Position numbers and translations under genes: made by a program. From the human T2T-CHM13v2.0 reference genome, Homo sapiens, in the NCBI RefSeq assembly GCF_009914755.1, contig NC_060935.1: a stretch of 64,000 nucleotides of DNA; one strand, given 5' to 3'. The notes below the pieces were generated by a model. It searched no databases. It saw only the letters and a list, made by a program, of their open reading frames with translations, and had not been told where the DNA came from. The stretch's first letter is position 1; each line of letters begins with the position of its first letter. Positions 24,587 through 39,759 of the stretch are shown one piece after another.

Positions 24587-27500
24587 CAGGCTTCAAACAG
24601 TTAAGCATGGGCACCTTTAACTAATATGGAAAGTTAAACAGAAATTTTTTACAAGCTGGCACCCGTTCACATAATGAGATGCATTGTCAGTCTCACTAAG
24701 CGAAATATTTGTGTTGCCATGCAGCTAAACAAATGCCTTTTTTCACTTTCACTTAAGACAGCCTCCCACTCCTATTTCTCTGAACAGTAGAGGCAGTCCT
24801 AGCTGGGTAACATGTGTAGTCTGGGCAGCATGTTTCCTGCCGCCTCACAAAAAGAGTATTTATATTAACATTCCAGATTCATTGGGAATTATGGAAACTC
24901 CATGCATTAAAGTCAATGCAAAATTTCTGCTATTTTAATATCTTCACTTATCAATCAATGCAACTTGGCACAGATTTAAGAGTGTGGCAACATTTTTTTC
25001 ATGCCATTTGCACATTACTATTCATAATGCTACAACGATCTCCTGTATAAAATATGATGAATTCACAAGTATGATTATCAAATTTATGGTGTGTGCTCAC
25101 TACACCACACATTATGGTTTTGTAGCTTCTTTGCCCTAAAGTAACAAAGATTTGCATAGAGTTTAAATGAGTATGGTCTATACAAACTATAGTTAAAATA
25201 TTATTACAGTTATATGCTTTTCCATATAAACTAGTAAAAAAATCATATTTCTTTCTCCTTTAGGGCAGTATTTTATTACAATTAAATGAAAAGCTTAGCT
25301 CTGCTATTTCTTTGAAAACAAAATCAAGACCAAAAGAGATACAGTTCAAGGATTAGACCTGAAAACCATAGTGAGAAATTTTAAAAATAAAAAAAAATGC
25401 AAAATATCTTATTTTCTCTAAAATAAAAACATTGTTTTTGCAATTTCTTACAGAGAAACACCCTCCCAAATACCTGACTTCTAGATAATAATGATGAAAA
25501 ATACATGACATCTAGATTACAATGACATATAGATAATAATGATGAATAATATAGCCGGATTTTTCCTATCCATAAACTGTTACTCGGGGCAACCTGATAT
25601 TTTAAACCTCATTTTCAGAGTCCCTCCCATACTTACTATTAGCACCATGGCAATAGTTCATCTCCAGCTGCCTAACTCAACATAAGGCTCCCTGTACCTC
25701 ATAAGTGGTTTTCCACAGGCTTCAAAGTCAGAGAGTATTCCAAACAGCAACTCTCTTTGACTTTAAGAACATCCCTACATGACGGGGGAAAAGGTGACAG
25801 AATGGATTTTTAAATTTTTTCTTAGATTTCTCAAAGTGAATCAAACTCAAAAGTAATTCTACAATTCTGTTTTTAACATTAATTGGAAAATATATTCTAT
25901 CTTGAATAATGTTCAAGTAATTGATAATTGTCACAAATGTAATTGTTCTCTTCTTACTCTGACGTTTTTAAGCTCTTGCTCCAGTGAAAAATTAAGCCAT
26001 GCTTAAAATAAACAAGACAAAAGAAAAGTATCCAGGGTAAATATAAATTGAGAGAAAGGTCAAAAAAATGACTAAGACTGATGTGCTACAATTAATAAGT
26101 TTTTTAAAGGGAAGGTACATTTATTCTTCTTGTCTAATTCTGGATTGCATTTGCTTTCCATGAGTATTTGAGATGAATATTTGAAGAAAACATTGTAAAC
26201 CCTTCCAACTTGAGACAACAGCAGCCGACTACATTTTCCAAAGGGAGGTCTAAAATAAGTAAAAATGTGTATTCCTTTCCATTCTCATAAAATTTCAACA
26301 TTGAAGCTGACATTTAAAGATGACTAGTTTCTGTGGCAAAGGGATATGTTCAATACAACTCCCCAAATACATCTGGGCAGAGAACTTTCTGATCTAACGT
26401 TAACCTCCTCTAGGGAAAGACTACTAGAGAGAGATAAAAAGTAGGATTGTTATTCTAGAAGATTTCTCACAAACTAGTTTTTTAAAACGTATTTTTTTCT
26501 TCAGTGTTAGGACTCCCCATATTTATATAACTAAGTTGGGTGAAAACTTAATTTTTGTATTGTATTCTTCAACCTCTTTTGAATATGAGAAAAGTCTATT
26601 GCTTATTAAGATGTAACTCATCCTTTGGGCCAGTCACTGCTTAGAATACACCATTGCTTGATTTATCCCACATTTACATCGGGGTTATTTATCAAAGATA
26701 TCCAAGAGTGGAAGAGACAAAACAGACCAAGGACATTATGTCTTTCAAGCTCAGCAGCATTTAGCAGATTCCTGGGCCTCCAAGGCCTAACATTTAGCTA
26801 AGACTTCTTAAACAATCAGGTAAAAAGGGCCAAACTAGTTAGCAGATGTCTTATTCAGATAACGAAGAGAATACTTTAGTGACAATGTGAGAAAAAAAAT
26901 GGCAAAATTGATACAAACCCTTTGAACCATGTTTCCCTTTTTCCTCTCAGAACTCAACCTGGAGTCTAACAGGGACAGTATCCTTATTCTCGAGCAAATA
27001 TGAAGACAATTGTACATATTTATAAGTACACCAAAATACACCAAAATAAAATACTTAGAAGAAATCAGCACATCATTGTTAAGCAAGATAACATATCTGA
27101 ACTCTCAAAAGATTGAAGACAAACACAATGACTATATATTGATATTTGAGTCTCATAGAAAAAATGAAATAAAAAGATTTTACAGTATTGCTGGACAATT
27201 TATCCTTGATTTCATTTCTAACTTAATGTTAACATCTAGTAAGTCCGATTTTAATGCATAAAATATAGAAAATGTGCAAATAAGAAATATTAATATTCTA
27301 GACTGTTCTATTTCATACCCCTGAAGAGGTAAAATTATTGTCGTGTGAACAAAGCCAACTTCAGCATTTGGTAAAGTCATTTCAGTTCCTGTATGTAACC
27401 CTTTATAATGCCCATTATCTCAATTAAACATCTTCAGAAATAGCCGTAGTAATGATGAAGAGAATTCAATGATATTGTACAAAAGAAAACAAGCTGCACT

Positions 27501-28699
27501 ATCTTTGACTTGATTTGTTTTGACTTCAATTAGGAACTATGACTGTTCTTGTTCTTTTCAGAGATTGAGTTTAAAGAAAGAATAGTTTTTAGTTATCTTA
27601 GGTCACATTTCAAGTAAAAACTGTGAATGAAGGAACTTTACAAAGGCACTGTTAAGTATTGGAGTGAAAGCACTGTAAGAATCAGTTTACTGTTAGAGTC
27701 AGTTTAGCCATTGCCCAACTTACTTTCCAACCATCTGCATTAAATATGCTTCATTAAAACAGAACCATTTGGAAAATAAGCTAGCAATTAACACAGCTTT
27801 TGCACATGCCTCTAACACAATAGATTTCAAACTTTTGGTGAAACTGACTCAACTACTTCCATGCTGCTGCTATGTAGGACTTGGCAGCAGTCCCTAGGCG
27901 TGCTTCATCCATACCATGTCATTTCAAGATACTGCTGCATTACTGAAATAAGGACATACGAAAAAAATAAAATATTTTATCACTTTCCTTGCAGTTGGTA
28001 TGAGCTATTAAAATAAGCCTGGGTACATTGAAATAGTCTTTCAGATGGCAACTAATACTACATGACAGGAAAAAAAGACATCCACTTTTATATAAGTCAC
28101 ACTAATGGCCTTTACATTTGACAGTTTATGTCTCTTAACAATGGATATAAGCTGCTATAATTATATTTTATTAACATGCAGAACTATTTTAGACCTCAGG
28201 AACTTTAGTAAAATGATCTGTGCAAAGGATTGACATAAAATAGTTTCATTATTCACCATCAACAAACCTCAGACTACAGATAGGACACCATGTCAGGTAC
28301 TACTGAAGCAAAGAATAAGACACAGTTCTGGTCCTCAGTGGCCTTATAGTCTACCTGGAGAGATTAAATATATGGGAAGTGATAAGGGCCTTTTGAGAAT
28401 AATGGGAATAAAAACATTTTTTAAGAGTTAATTCGCACTCCCTTCACCTCTATCCAAATGGTTGTGTACCATTATACACTTTATTCACTGCACAAGGGTG
28501 CCCAGCTGAAGGAGCAAGTAGGCTGCAAACCTAGCCAGCACTGCTCACTAAATCATGCACCCTGCACAGGGCTGTAAACATCTAAGGAAAAGGCAACTCC
28601 AAGGAAAAATTTTGCCAACTCACAAAGCCATGCTAATAGAGGAAGTGACATCTACTCAAAAAACCTTTATTTTTTTTCTAATTTATGTATTCATAGTAT

Positions 28700-29385
28700 G
28701 TACCATTTTCTGCTGCTACGACTCTAGTCCAAGCCATCATCATCTCTCATATAAACACCTTTATATTAGTCTCCTAACTGGTGTTTCTGCTTCAACAACT
28801 GCTCTTCTATAGTCTATTCTTCTAATATCAGATTATTTTTAAATGTAAATTATATCAGTTTGCTTCTCCAATCCTCCAGTGGCTTCCTATCTCACTTAGA
28901 GAAAACCCAGAGTCTTCATCATTCTTTTGAGGAACTACCTAACCTGGCTACCAGCTATCTTTCTAATGTTATCTCCAAATTCCCTTTTATTCACCCATTT
29001 GACTCTCATCACTCTATTGGTGCCAGCTTTTCTTTGAACAGACAAGCTCCTCACTCTTCAAGGCCTTTCTATACATTTTTCCCTTTGCCTGGGAGCTCTT
29101 CTTCCAGTACTTTGCATGACCTGCTCTCTCACTTTGTTCAGGTGTCTCTTCAAATCTTTCTGTATCAGAGAAGCCTTCTCTGACAACCCTATAAAAAAAT
29201 TGTACCGCCATCACTCTCAATAAATATTTATTGAATAAATGGATTAATAAATGCAAATGATGAGAAAATAAGATCCTTGTGACGTTATTTTTGTCTGTTT
29301 TGTTTCACTTCAATATTCCTACCATCTAGAATAGTGCTTTATGTGTAACAAATACTGAATAAACATCTGATGAACAAATGAGTGA
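28700..29385 (+). mobile_element. L2 (ORF2 end and 3' region)
   Basis: CTAGTCCAAGCCATCATCATCTCTC...CTCCTAACTGGTG...TCCAGTGGCTTCC...AGAAGCCTTCTCTGAC...CTCAATAAATATTTATTGAATAAATG. Confidence 0.8.
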
Positions 29386-29439
29386 CCACTGCAATAATAC
29401 ATAAAGAAAAAGGAGTCAACACCTTTCTAAAGTCTCAAG

Positions 29440-30110
29440 TCTGGTGACTAACTGCTTGCATCCCTGTCAAAAATAAAAAAGGCTGAAAAGGAGATTGACT
29501 TAGGGGAAAGAAATGGTAAACTTGCTGAATTTGAAGTGACAATGAGACATCGAGGTAAAAATATAGAGTTAAACAGGCAGAACTAAGGCTGAGGACAGAC
29601 CTGGAAAAGTAGACATGAGATCCATCCATGTAGAGTTAAAAGGCAATAGAATAAATCAGACCTCCTAGAAAGTACAGAGTGAAAACAGCATAGAAAGAAC
29701 TAAACTTAGAGATGCACACATTTGTTTTATAAGCAGAAAAAAGTAGATTAATCTAAAAAGGCTAAAAAGGAACATTTATGTGCTAAAAACTTGTTGAATA
29801 CCTACTATGTGTTAAGTGCTGTGATGAGCCATTTTAGTCAACCGTATTAATTACTACAGAAAGTGAGAAGAGTGAGGCCTGAGAAAAAGACATTAAATAT
29901 GGAATTAGGCAATCTCTAGTAATCTGGAAGGCAGCACATTCAATACAGTTACCCAGAATGAAATAGAAGCCAGATGCCAATAGACAGAGGAATAAGGAGA
30001 TACAGATAGAAAATAAAGACTATTCTTTCAAGAGGTTTGACGGTAAAAGGAAGAAGGAAATAAGGATATTTCAAGGGTTACCAAAGTCGAGGAAAACTAT
30101 TTTAAGAAGA
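29440..30110 (-). mobile_element. L2 internal fragment
   Basis: TGCTGAATTTGAAG...GGCTGAGGACAGACCTGGA...GACTATTCTTTCAAGAGGTTTG. Degraded. Confidence 0.55.
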
Positions 30111-30363
30111 AATCTGAATTATTTGTGCACATAGGTTGTAATAATAGCATCTTGCATTAAATGGTGTTTTCTAGCTTACAAAGTGGATTCATATACACTA
30201 TTGTAACTGACTCTCTACAAACTTGCAAGGTTAGCAAGACAAATGGTATTTTAAGATAACAAACTGAGACTCAAAAAAGGCAAGTAACTCGTTCTACTTC
30301 CCAAAGCCAGAAAGTGGCAAAATAGAAAATGGATCCTGAATCTCCAACACCATGCAAACTAAG

Positions 30364-30404
30364 AGAGGGAATCCTCTGTAGAGGGAATCCTCTGTAGAGG
30401 GAAT
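30364..30404 (+). repeat. 16-bp tandem repeat (AGAGGGAATCCTCTGT) x about 2.6
   Basis: Exact copies at 30364-30379 and 30380-30395, then a partial AGAGGGAAT. Confidence 0.95.
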
Positions 30405-31114
30405 GGAAGTAAAAAGGCACAAGTGGTGATGTCACCTTCTGAACAGAGATGGAACATTTCTTCCTCTGAGAAAAAAGAGAAAAGATAGTTTTAAGTGGCA
30501 AAAGAACATGAAGCAATGTGAGGTGAAGAAACAGAAAAGACTATGGATGGAATTCCTAGATGTGAGATACACAAAGTTCCATTTCAAAGAGAAATATCTA
30601 TAGATAGGCATAAAGTTACACACCTGAACTACCAACTCTGAACCAGTAACTCAAGAGATATTTTGTGTGTCCCACAAGCCATATGGCTCTGGGGACAAAT
30701 TATCTGAAAGTGCCCAATAAGAAAAATATTTGAGGAAGGGGAGTTGGTGAGTGAATGAATTAAAGGACATCAGAAAGATACATTGACTGTTCTCCTTCCC
30801 AGGAAACAAAGTGGCTAAGTCAAAACAACGGGCAGCTGTGGGATAGCAAAGAAAAAAAACTTCCAGGCCCAGGTTCTAGTGAAAGCTACTATGGAAGTTA
30901 GCCACTCAACTTTAGAACCAGAGGCTTCTTTTCCTCCTCCCTTCTTATCTTTTCTAGTTTATAGCAAATTTATATTGAGCCACTTATTCTTTCTGAATGC
31001 TAGTTCCCCTTTAGCATTTCTTTTTCTTCATTCCCTTTGGACTGGCCCAATGCTTTGGCCCCTTATCAAAGCATTTTCTAAGAAACAGTCTGACAGCTCT
31101 AATTTGCATCTGGT

Positions 31115-31172
31115 TATGCAAGATGTGGTTAAGAACATGGACTCTGGAGGTAAATACACCTTGATTCCAATT
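31115..31172 (+). mobile_element. MIR 5' half (continues at about 35768)
   Basis: GTGGTTAAGAACATGGACTCTGGAGGTAAATACACCTTGATTCCAATTC matches the MIR tRNA-like head. Confidence 0.7.
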
Positions 31173-31275
31173 CATTCTCTCATTTATTCATTCAGCAAAT
31201 ATTTAGTGAACATCTAACATGTGCTAGGCACTGTTCTAGTTGCTGAGGATACAGCTTCAAACAAAATAAGGTCTC
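31172..31275 (-). mobile_element. L2 3' tip, left part (split by L1)
   Basis: TTCATTCAGCAAATATTTAGTGAACATCTAACATGTGCTAGGCACTGTTCTAGTTGCTGAGGATACAGC. Confidence 0.85.
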
Positions 31276-31841
31276 TGCAAGGATGCCTTCTCTTACCACT
31301 CCTATTCAGCGTAGTATTGGAAGTCCTGGCCAGGGCAATCAGGCAAGAAAAAGAAATCAAGGTCATCCAAATAGGAAGAGAGGAAGTCAAACTATCCCTG
31401 TTTACAGACAACATGATCCTACATCTAGAAAAAAACCCATTGTCTTAGCCCAAAAGCTTCTTAGGCTGATAAACAACTTCAGCAAAGTCTTAGGATACAA
31501 AATCCATGTGCAAAAAACACTAGCATTCTTATACACCAACAACAGTCAAGCCGAGATCCAAATCAGGAACAAACTCCTATTCACAATTGCCACAAAAACA
31601 ATAGAACAGGAAAACAGCTAACTAGGAAGGTGAAAGATCTCTACAAGGAGAACTACAAACCACTGCTCACAGAAATCAGAGATGACACATATAAATGGAA
31701 AAACATTCCATGATCATGGATAGGAAGAATGAATATTACTGAAATGGCTATACTGTCCAAAGCAATTTATAGATTCAATGCTATTCCTAGTAAACTACCA
31801 TTGAGATTTTTTACAGAACTAGAAAAAAAAAACTATTTTAA

Positions 31842-32157
<316 letters not shown>

Positions 32158-32485
32158 TTAAAATTCATATGGAATAAAAAAAAAAGTGCCTGAATAGCCA
32201 GAGCAATCCTAAGCAAAAAGAATAAAGCTGAAAGTATCATGCTACCCATCTTCAAACTATACTACAGGGCTACGGTAACCAAAACAGCATGGTACTGGCA
32301 CAAAAACAGACACATAGACCAATGGAACAAAATAGAGAAACTAGAAATAAGACCACACACCTACAACTATCTGATCATTGACAAACGTGACAAAAACAAG
32401 CAATGGGGAAAGGATTCCGTATTCAATAAATGGTGCTGGCATAACTGGCTAGCCATACGCAGAAGATTAAAACTGGATCCCTTCT

Positions 32486-32900
<415 letters not shown>

Positions 32901-33183
32901 TCAGGACATAAGCATAGGCAAAGATTTCATGACTAAGACACCAGAAGCAATTGCAACAAAAGCAAAAATTGACAAATGGGATCTAATTAAACTAAAAAGC
33001 TTCTGCACAGTAAAAGAAGCTATCAACAAAGCAAAGAAGCAACCTAAAGAATGGGAAAAAATTTTTGGAAACTATACATCCAACAAAGATCTAATATCCA
33101 GCATCCATAAGGAGCTTAAATTTACAAGAAAAAACAAACAACCCCACTAAAAAGTGTGCAACGGACATGACCATGCACTTTTC

Positions 33184-34887
<1,704 letters not shown>

Positions 34888-35700
34888 TCAAAAGTAAGAC
34901 ATAAATGCAGCCAACAATCATATAAAAAAAGTTCAACGTCACTGATCTTTAGAGAAATGCAAATCTAAACCACAATGAGATACCATCTCAGGCCAGTCAG
35001 AATCACTATTATTAAAAAGTCAAAAAATTACAGATATTGGCGAAGTTGTGGAGAAAACGGAATGCTTATACACTGTAGGTGAGAGTGTAAATTAGTTCAA
35101 CCATTGTGGAGGACAGTGTGACAATTCCTCAAAGACCTAAAGACAGAAATACCATTCGACCCAGCAATCCCATTACTGAGTACATATCCAGAGGAATATA
35201 AATTGTTCTATTATAAAGACACATGCAAGTGTATGTTCATTGCAGCACTATTCTCAATAGCAAAGACAAGGATTCACCCTAAATGCCATCAATGATAGAC
35301 TGGATAAAAGAAATGTGGTACATATACACCATGGAATACTATGCAGACATTTAAAAAAGAATGAGATCATACCCTTCACAGGGACATGGATAAAGCTGAA
35401 GACTATTATCCTTAGCAAACTAAAGCAGGAGCAGAAAACCAAATACCACATGTTATCACTTGTAAGTGGGAGCTAAATGATGAAAACACATGGACACATA
35501 GAGGGGAACAACACACACTGGGGCCTATCAGAGGGTGGAGGGTAGAAGAAGGGAGAGGATCAGGAAAAATAACTTATAAGTACTAGGCTTAATACCTGGG
35601 TAATAAAATAATCTGTACAACGAACCCCTATGACACAAGCTTACGTATGTAACAAACATGTACACTTGAATGTAAAAGTTAAAAATAAATAAATAAATAA

Positions 35701-35768
35701 GGTCTCCACCTTCATTGAACTACCCGCACTCTGGTGAGGGTAGAAGGTAGCTATAATAAACAAACAAG
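35701..35768 (-). mobile_element. L2, right part (continuation of 31172-31275)
   Basis: GGTCTCCACCTTCATTGAACT...CTCTGGTGAGGG...AATAAACAA continues the L2 consensus after the L1 TSD. Confidence 0.6.
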
Positions 35769-35920
35769 CTCTGCTATGTCTTAGTAATCTGACCTTGGGC
35801 AAGTCACTTCACTTCGGTATGTTTTCAATTTGCTCAACTATAAAATAGAAACAATAGAAACTACCTCAGACTATTGTGAGAAATAAATAAAACACATGAT
35901 ATAATTAGCACATAAATGTT
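35768..35920 (+). mobile_element. MIR core and 3' half (continuation of 31115-31172)
   Basis: GCTCTGCTA...TGACCTTGGGCAAGTCACTTCACTTC...CAATTTGCTCAACTATAAAATAG...CTACCTCAGACTATTGTGAG. Confidence 0.8.
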
Positions 35921-36219
35921 GGCTCTCTGAGCTTTGGCCTCACTATCAATCTTCCAGTTCCTGGAACACATGTTCCTTCCACCATAGGAAATTTGCATAT
36001 ATTCTTTCCTTTGCCTAAAGCATTTTACATATTGCTTACCCCGACCCCAGCCCTTTTACTTTGTCATTGCCTACTCTTCTTTCAGATCTCGTTTCAATCC
36101 CTACTTCCTCAGGGAAGACTTACCTAACTAGGTCAATTCTTATTATATTTGTTTAGAAAGACAGATATAATCCATGTTTATTTGGTTGTTCATTCATTCA
36201 TTTTCTCATTCATTCATCC

Positions 36220-37235
36220 AAGACCCCATCATCTTTTATCTGGATTACTGCAAAAGCCTCTTTCTATAGTCTGAATATTATGTCTCCCCAAAATTCATAT
36301 GTTGAAATCCTCATCCTCAAAGTGATTGTATTAGAAGGTGGGACCTCTCAAAGTTGATTAGATCATGGAGGCAGAGCCCTCTTGAATGGGATTAGTGCTC
36401 TCATAAAAACTCCCAAGAGACACCCCTTGCCCTTTCCTCTTTGTGAGGTCAGAGTGAGAAATTGGCTATCTGTGAGGAAGTGGGCGCTCACCAGACAACA
36501 GATCAGCCAGTGCCTTAATTTTGAACTTCCCAGCCTCCAGAACTGTGAAAAATAAATTTCTGTTGTTTATAAGCCACCCAGTTTATGGCATTTTGCTTCA
36601 GCAGCCCAAGTTGACTGAGACACCTCCTAACTAGTCTCCCTGCTATAGTCTATACTCAACACAGTTGCCAGAGCAAACCTTTTAACACGGAAGTCAGACC
36701 ATGTCACTTTTCTGCTGAGAACTCATGTCACCTTTCTGCTGAGAACCCATCTTCTTCAGGTTTCCTATCTTCCTCAGGGTAAAAGCCAAAGCCTTTACAA
36801 TGGTTTAAATTATGCCTGTCCTCATTGATCACATCACACAGCTATTGTGGCCTCCTTACTGTTACTATTCTTCAAGTTCATCAAGTTCACTCCTCTATGT
36901 CAGGATACTGGTTCTCTCTTTCTAGAATGGTCTTCCACCAGATATCTGCTTGGTTTGCTTCTCCACTTCTTTCTGGTGTCAACTTAAATATCACCTTATC
37001 TGTTGAGATGATCTTGTACTTTATAAAATAGCAAACTCCTCACCTCAGCACTCCCTACCACCTTTGCCATGCTTCATATCACTCATCACCTTTTAATATA
37101 TTTTACTTGCTTATTTGTTGTTTTTTAATATCTCTCCTACCACTACCACTAGAATATAAACTTAATGAGAGCAGGTATTTTGCTTTGTTCACTATCTCCC
37201 CATTCTCTCAAACAGTACCCAGCACATAGTTGACT
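36220..37235 (+). mobile_element. L2 interrupted by an MLT1A0-like LTR
   Basis: CCATCATCTTTTATCTGGATTACTGCAAAAGCCTC [LTR] CTAACTAGTCTCCCTGC...CACTAGAATATAAACTTAATGAGAGCAGG...AACAGTACCCAGCACATAG. Confidence 0.8.
36262..36622 (+). mobile_element. Solo ERVL-MaLR LTR (MLT1A/MLT1A0-like), complete
   Basis: CCCCAAAATTCATATGTTGAAATCCT...GAATGGGATTAGTGC...CTTCCCAGCCTCCAGAACTGTGA..AATAAATTTCTGTTGTTTATAAGCCACCCAG...GACTGAGACA. 5-bp TSD CCTCT/CCTCC. Confidence 0.9.
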
Positions 37236-38465
37236 CTACATCTAAGATGATAACTTCCATACAACAAACTAGACAAATTTCCAAAATAAACAATTTATAC
37301 AGCTGAACAAAATTTTTGAAGTTCTGGTCATCTCATAATAGCTAGGCAACATCCCAATGCTCTCTGGGAATTTCTGGCCAAACTATAATTAAGACGATAC
37401 ATGGTGAAACAAAAACAAAAACAAATTAAAATATTCCAATTTATAAACTAGATGAGGAAAAATAAAAACATGAGAAAGAATAAAATGGAACCACAGATTA
37501 TAAAAGAAAAAACAATGTACCTTTTAACAACTATGAAGCATATTAATGTTAATTGTTATTGGTAACTTGAATTTACTAAACTTCCTAGGGTTTTACTTGT
37601 CCCACTGTGGCTCAGATTTCATATCAAGTATTTGTCATAGATAACTTTCCCAATTTCTTATATTCTATTGAATTATACAAGGCATTATTATCATGTTGAC
37701 ATTTTTACCATTAAACACACTAACATTCAGTTAGACATTGCCACACATTTCCCACATTCCGGTAATCATTAAATTCTCCATAGTAAATAAGATGTGAGAT
37801 CATAAAAAGGAAGGGAAATAAAACTGAATTATATTTAGAAACAAAGATATGGTATTGTTTGGGGATTTTCCCTAAAAGTTCCCTTAGCAAACCAATCACC
37901 ACTAAGTCCTACCAATTATAATTTCTCTACATATTCAACTGGCATTCATTTCGCAGCATCTCAGATCACCTCTTTCACTTCCCATCCTTCTACTCCTACT
38001 AACTCAAAAATATAGTTACCTTCATTGATAGAGATGGATAGCAATACTGTCTTTAATTAGCACCAATTCACTTATGACAAATATCTGCGCCCCACTGAGT
38101 GAAGTAGGAACAATGAAAAGACATCAGCACCATTTTAAAAGCTCTTTAAGAAAGTTCAGAACTCCAGTTCTTAATTCAAAGGCATATGCCAAGTTAATTA
38201 CAGTCAAAAGTGTAACTATCTCTCTTTAAGTCAAAGGATTCAAAAGCAATTTATGAATGATACTGAAATAATGTATTAATTAGCTGTCCACATGCTGTCA
38301 CTCTTAAGAGTTTTAAATATAAAACAAAATAAATTAAAAAGGTTATTTTTCAATACGAATTATTTTAGATGTATCCAATGATACAAACTGCCGTAATCAG
38401 AAACCCAGTTTTACATTTGTCTTATTTTTTTAAATCTCAGCTTTTTACTACGTTATTTTTCTAGA

Positions 38466-38662
38466 CAGTGGGTCTCAATCTTTGTGGTGATTAGAATCAT
38501 CTGTGGAAGTCATTTAAATGAAGATTCCTGGGCATCTAGAGATTCTAATTCAAAAAGTTGGGGTGAAGGATCAAGAATCTGCCTTTTAAACAAACACCAA
38601 AATCCAGTTATTCAGTTAGTTAATCCAGTTAGTGTGCTCACATCATAGAAGGAGAAATGCTG
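38466..38662. mobile_element. MER5A-like DNA transposon remnant
   Basis: CAGTGGGTCTCAATCTT...ATTAGAATCATCTG...AGATTCCTGGGC...AGAGATTCTAATTCA...AAGAATCTGCCTTTTAAACAA, with TCTAGA on both flanks. Confidence 0.75.
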
Positions 38663-39759
38663 ATCTAGAAAGCATTGGTAGTAGTAGCCCATTTCCTACC
38701 AATTCTTAACAAACTATTCTTCTCCCATGAGTTTCAGCTCCTAGTACATTTCATCTTACATCCATGACTCGAATATTAAAACCATTTATTCAATGGGCAT
38801 TCTGTGGGGGCTTGCTGTACAGCCAGTAATCTTCTAATATTTAAGGTTTATAGGGCTACATGATTTCTGCTTTGGGATTCAAAATGACATATCAAGGCCT
38901 TTAAAAATAATCATTCTCTCCCTATAGAAACCTCTCGAACCAGACTGAACTGCCAAAGATAGACTAACCAAAAACTTTAGGTTCGCAGTATTAATTTCAC
39001 CTGAAATTATAAAGAGAGGTAATATTCTTGTCCTTTTCTACCCTGAAAATGTTAACAATAGCAAATAGTTTTCTCATAACAAAACACATCCATTCGTTAT
39101 TTTTCCATTCTCTTCTCCCTTTTGAAGAAAAAAATGACGAAGCCCTTCCAGAGATTTTTAAAAACAGAGTGAACACTGACTTTATCAACAGAAATATGAA
39201 ATATAGCATTTAGTAACAAATACAATTGTGAGTATATGATATGTAAGACGTTGTGCAAGAAGGTTTTGGTAGGCAGATGAACTCTAGAACATGTGGTCTA
39301 TTAAAAGACCTTATTAGGTCAGCTAGATTTGGAATATGACCTATAAAAATGCAATCAGCTTTCAATTATCAACCAATGGATCATGCACTTGCCACTTATA
39401 GTTATATTTTGGTTATTAATATATCAGTCCTATAAATAACAGCTTCCAATTTAATTATTTTATTCTTCTTTTTCAAATTTTGGGGTTTTTGTTATGTGCT
39501 ATTTAACCCATCCCTCAAACTCAGGAGACTTGAAGAAGGTCAGTTTGCTTAAACTAGTTAATAAATTAATGCTGACTATTCCCTACTTGGACTGAGCATC
39601 AAATAATTAAGCAATATGAGCAGGATGAGGAATGCTGAACTTATGTAACAGAATATTATGAAAAGGATAACATACAGTTTATAAACTATTAAATCTCCGC
39701 TTCAGAGTGCCTTGTATATATGTTGTAGCTAATATTCAGTAGCAAACTAAAATTTAACA

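Noticed and set aside
28485-28625. GC-richer segment vaguely resembling an old DNA transposon
   Set aside because: I could not find terminal inverted repeats or assign a family by eye. It needs a Dfam search.
30879-31217. 112-aa hydrophobic ORF (MKATMEVSHSTLEPEASF...)
   Set aside because: It starts at GTG, its hydrophobicity comes from a CT-rich tract, and its C-terminal third is MIR/L2 sequence. No recognisable domain.
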